From Balanoglossus misakiensis (lineage: Eukaryota; Animalia; Hemichordata), in the NCBI GenBank assembly GCA_040954595.2, contig CM082597.2, positions 850,886-914,885 on the forward strand: a DNA stretch of 64,000 nucleotides, written 5' to 3'. The notes under the pieces are model-generated. The model was not told the DNA's origin and made no database searches. It saw nothing but the letters and a program-made list of their open reading frames with translations. Position numbers and translations under genes: made by a program. Within the stretch, counting starts at the first letter, position 1; every line of letters starts with the position of its first letter. Positions 60,001 to 64,000 of the stretch are shown here, piece by piece.

Positions 60001-61238
60001 TCACAACGGGTCCAAGGTAAAAAGGAGAGGTTGTCTTATCGCAGCACCGAAAGCTACTCACCCAGAACTGAAGCTTCGAGGGTTCGACCAGCGATCGAAT
60101 TCAGTCTAGCGTGCAAGTAATCGTGACTGAAGGGAAATAACTTGATTCTAACCTCAGCCGTGGATCGACGAACTTATCACCTGTATACGAGGATAAAACT
60201 GATCGGAAAACCTGTGGAATATTTCTGTTTCAGCGAATGTGACCTCGTTTGGGAACAGCAGAACAGCGAACACCTCGCCGTGTAAATCATCGAGAAAGGA
60301 TCTAGACCGGAAAAGAATTTATGTCGGGGAGGAATTTGTTTTACTGAAGAATATTCGGAGAACGTTGTAGTTTATATGGTTTGAACATCGACAAAGGGGG
60401 AACGACACGACAGTCTGTGTGGATGTTTGTACAAAGCTAACAGGTAGGCGTGAGAATCGATCTGCTATTGCTTTAACTGACATTTAAAAGAGTTTGTTTG
60501 TTTTATTCAACATTGAATAAACCCGTCGAAGGTTTTAAGCAAGATGGGTTCTGATGATGTGTCAGGAAAAGGTTGACAGTGTGAAGGGGGAGTTTTTATG
60601 AGGGAGGGGGTTTGCTGGTTTATGTCTGTGAGACGAGGTGGTCATGCACACAGCTGGGACGATGCCCATTCTACTTTTATTGACTGCGTTGGTATACTAC
60701 GTTATTTGCGCATAGCAAAATTGTGTTCGATAGTGCAAACAAAATTAAGTAACGCGTCTTTCAGCGAGGTATTCCTACTGCGGTGATGTCAAACAGTAGC
60801 GAACAAGTGGTTGAATAAATGTTTTCATGTCGCCAGCGCCCGAATGAATGGGTCCCACTGCCGGTAGGAAATCGCTGCAGGGCTAAACTATGCTAAATCG
60901 GACAATTTGCGCGAGAGGTTGTCCCGCTTAGATCAACACAAGTTCGTTCAGACAGAGCGTGGTTTCTTTTAAAAACCTTGCCACATCACAGTGATGACAC
61001 TGTTCTGCAATAGTTGTCGGATCAGTGCACCAGCAGAGTGCGGGAGGTTTGGTTTCTTGGCAACTTCGGCGCGCGACGGCCTAGCTTGGTAAATTGGCCC
61101 CCTGTTGCGGTTTATTAAAGATGATCTTGGGTTTCCAGATAATGAAAATATGAAACCCTTTAGAAGCAATTAATCCCTGGAATGGAGATAGACGCGTTTT
61201 TATGTAACTTCATGTACTCGAACATTCCGTGTTGGGAG

Positions 61239-61257
61239 GAGGGGGGGGGGGGGGGGG
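61239..61257. repeat. Poly-G run
   Basis: About 17 consecutive G; shorter G/C runs at ~16054-16066 and 29065-29078. Confidence 0.85.
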
Positions 61258-64000
61258 TAATTTTGCCTAAGTAGAAAGCATAGAGTTTTTGACGCAATGA
61301 AAGTGTGGTCTATATGAAGTAAGTACAGATTGAGTTCTGACTTTTCAGCACTTTCACGAGAGTGACAATCGTTTTAAGGTTGATCAATCACCCTGCTTTA
61401 TTTATTGTAACACTGTTTATTCAAGTGATTTCAGCGAATTGTCTAATTTTAGAGCTTTTTAAGAAGGATTTATCACACTGCTTGTTCGTGCATGAACATT
61501 GAAGTCATTTTGACCCTCGCAGTGTCAATGTATGCAAAGTCACGCGAACTTTACTTGTGGTCGGTTTGAGTGAATTTCTGCGATTTCACGCTGAAGTAAG
61601 TAAATTGGCGCCTATGTGTCTGTTTCAGCAAGAATCCTTTCAGAGACACTCATCAACTCCCAGTTGACGATTCAACTTCCCGTGTTTACATCTTAAGATT
61701 TTGATAAACTGGTGGTGGTCGACTAAAAGTTAGAACGTGCCTGGGCAGTAGTGGCCAATTTTCGATTTTCAGCTATCACAATGCCGACTGCAGACTTATA
61801 TGTTGTGTTGATAAGTTAAATGTTGAACATTTCATTTATAAGTTTAACAAAAGTTGCAAACAAGAGAAACAAGTCAAGCTAATGGAAGTTTAAATATTAA
61901 AATTAGGGTTTTCTGACATATCTCAATTTTAGCACCTTTTCGGCCCAAAATAGTACTGAGCAACGTTATATATAAATTTGACGTGTCCCTCGTGGGATAT
62001 ATCGTTTCCAAGGACACTGGATGGAACGTGGATCCACAAGCATATGTCAAGTCGTAACGAGCTACCAAGAAATATTGCCTCGTCCTTTTCAGAATGCACA
62101 GAAAGGGTTCTCTATACGCGTTAAATGAAAACTTTGAGTCGGTTAACGAAGCATTTTATGAAGAACAACCTCGTGAAAGGGACTACTATTTCAGCTCTTT
62201 GTGTTTTAATGATGGATCGTAAAATGCTACAAAAGCGGCGAATTGGAATAGTTCCACCTTGGAGCTGAGTTAGTAGAGACTGTCCATGGCGACTTGATTT
62301 TATTGTTGGACCAACATCGATAACTCGTGTTGTTGTTGTTTTTTTGTGGAAGACAGTGCTTCAGTTAAGTGAAGCTAAATTGTGTTTTTGATACAAATTC
62401 AGTCGATCATAGACACTTGGGGAAATAGTAGGTTGATAAAGAAATCTTTATCGGAAATACGTATAGTTGGGTAAAATTTTATGTCGTCACTTCCGGCCAA
62501 CCGGTCAATGTCGTTCGCTGGCACCATTATTAAAGTCTACTATGTAGGTCAAATCTAATTGAATCACAACGCTCAGATTGATCAGGTGAGATTATTAGGA
62601 GACACATAGCGTTACTAGCCACAAGAGCGCGCGGCACTTTAATTTTAAGTGAACGCTTACTGGTATACAGTCACACAGAAGCATTGTGAGCCAAAATCAC
62701 TTGTCTTCTGTCAAGATCACCCCAAAATGTCCCGTCTTCCTGCTATTAAAGCCCACACAATGAAATATAATAAACTGTTTACGGCGATTTGTAGTTGGGG
62801 TAGGTAAGCCATAAATTCTCCGGACACTACACAATAAAGATAAAATCAACCGCTCTGCGCCAGGCGACAACGTTACCGACCAGGTCACTTTGATGTTTTG
62901 TCTGCAATGCGTTGGTCGGCAAACCAGCGTTTGCTGGCAAGCCGCCAAATTTAAGGACACAGGAAAATTATGAACTGTAAAAATAACCTCCGCCAACCTT
63001 CGGTCGTAAATTTTAGACTGAAACGCCCTCCTTTGTTGTAAGGAAATGGCTCCTTCTATTTGGCCGTGTCCGACATTATTAGCGGGTCTGTTACTTATGT
63101 ACTACTCCAGTGAATGACGCTAGATCGATCGCACATCGCCTTCGAAATATAGTGACCACCCAGAAAAGAATTAATAATGTCCGGCAAAAGGACACCTGGC
63201 CATAAAATGAAACCGAACGCATCACCTTTCTTTAAGACTTTCCGACTGCGAAAGTATTTTGTCCCTCTTGTGCTAAAAGGCATCGTTTTATATTTTTCGG
63301 GGCGACAGAGAAAACCTCGTGAAACCGCGAAGAAGTTCTACCACTAGAAAATATGAGAAACCATGAGACAACGTACCTCTATCCAAAGGGCACTGTAACT
63401 TTATCCATTTTATAGAACTTGAACAATTCCAGTTTGGTCCAAATGTGTAATTGTACGCACATCAGCCAGACAGATTCTCTGAAAATGAATTAGAAATAAA
63501 TTCCAAAATTTTAAAAAAATAGTTCATATTATCCACTTCAAGCTTTTACTAAATTCGTAGGACCATAGCAACATTCAAGGTGCAAGTAATCGTCTGCATT
63601 TCATAATTTCGTAACAATATAAAGCCTCTTATAACACAACTTAACACGTTCAAGAAGTTATTTTCGAGTAAAAACAACAAACATTTGTAACGCCGAGCTT
63701 ACATCGTTGTGTTACAACTCATTTGCACCCCGTCAATTGATTTCCAATTCACGGTAATTAGCGAAATCGCCTGTAGTTTTTGTTTGGAGATTACGGTCTA
63801 CCCGACCCCCAATTAATTGTTCGCTGTTTTCGAGTTTATTCATCCCGGGGTTATTTTCAGCCCAGGTATAAATAAAAGCGATCCCCAGTCTTTGTTGGTG
63901 CATATGGCTCTCATTAATTACTAGAGTGTCGCATTTTGTAGTGTTACATAGAATCGATTGGGCTGTCGCGATTACAACGCTGGACTAATTGGTCAGACAT

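Noticed and set aside
52800-64000. Scattered 60-110 aa ORFs and possible transposon remnants
   Set aside because: No recognisable protein motifs, transposase/RT signatures, terminal repeats or consistent exon chain were seen. Degenerate repeats cannot be excluded without a repeat library.

Overview
This is eukaryotic (animal, probably marine invertebrate deuterostome; taxon is inference) genomic DNA, and all gene models were read by hand from GT-AG splice sites. The first ~12.67 kb is a near-homogeneous 88-bp satellite (~144 copies); the ORF-track entries there are artefacts. A gene-dense block follows, dominated by cell-surface and glycan biology: (1) a 13-exon GPI-anchored protein with six Ly6/three-finger domains in an (A-B)x3 pattern; (2) a 14-exon adhesion/class-B-type 7TM receptor with a QPD C-type lectin and a mucin stalk but no GAIN/GPS domain; (3) three paralogous GT31 (beta-1,3-galactosyltransferase-like) giant ORFs with 4, 4 and 5 tandem GT domains, each with only one canonical catalytic domain; (4) tRNA-Arg(ACG); (5) a 66-aa CD24/CD52-like GPI glycopeptide gene missed by the ORF track; (6) GPN1; (7) a GT32 DxD glycosyltransferase. 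The last ~11 kb has no coding sequence I can support. The best novelty candidates are the one-active-plus-pseudoenzyme GT31 proteins, the GAIN-less lectin GPCR, and their clustering as a possible glycan writer/carrier/reader locus (inference).
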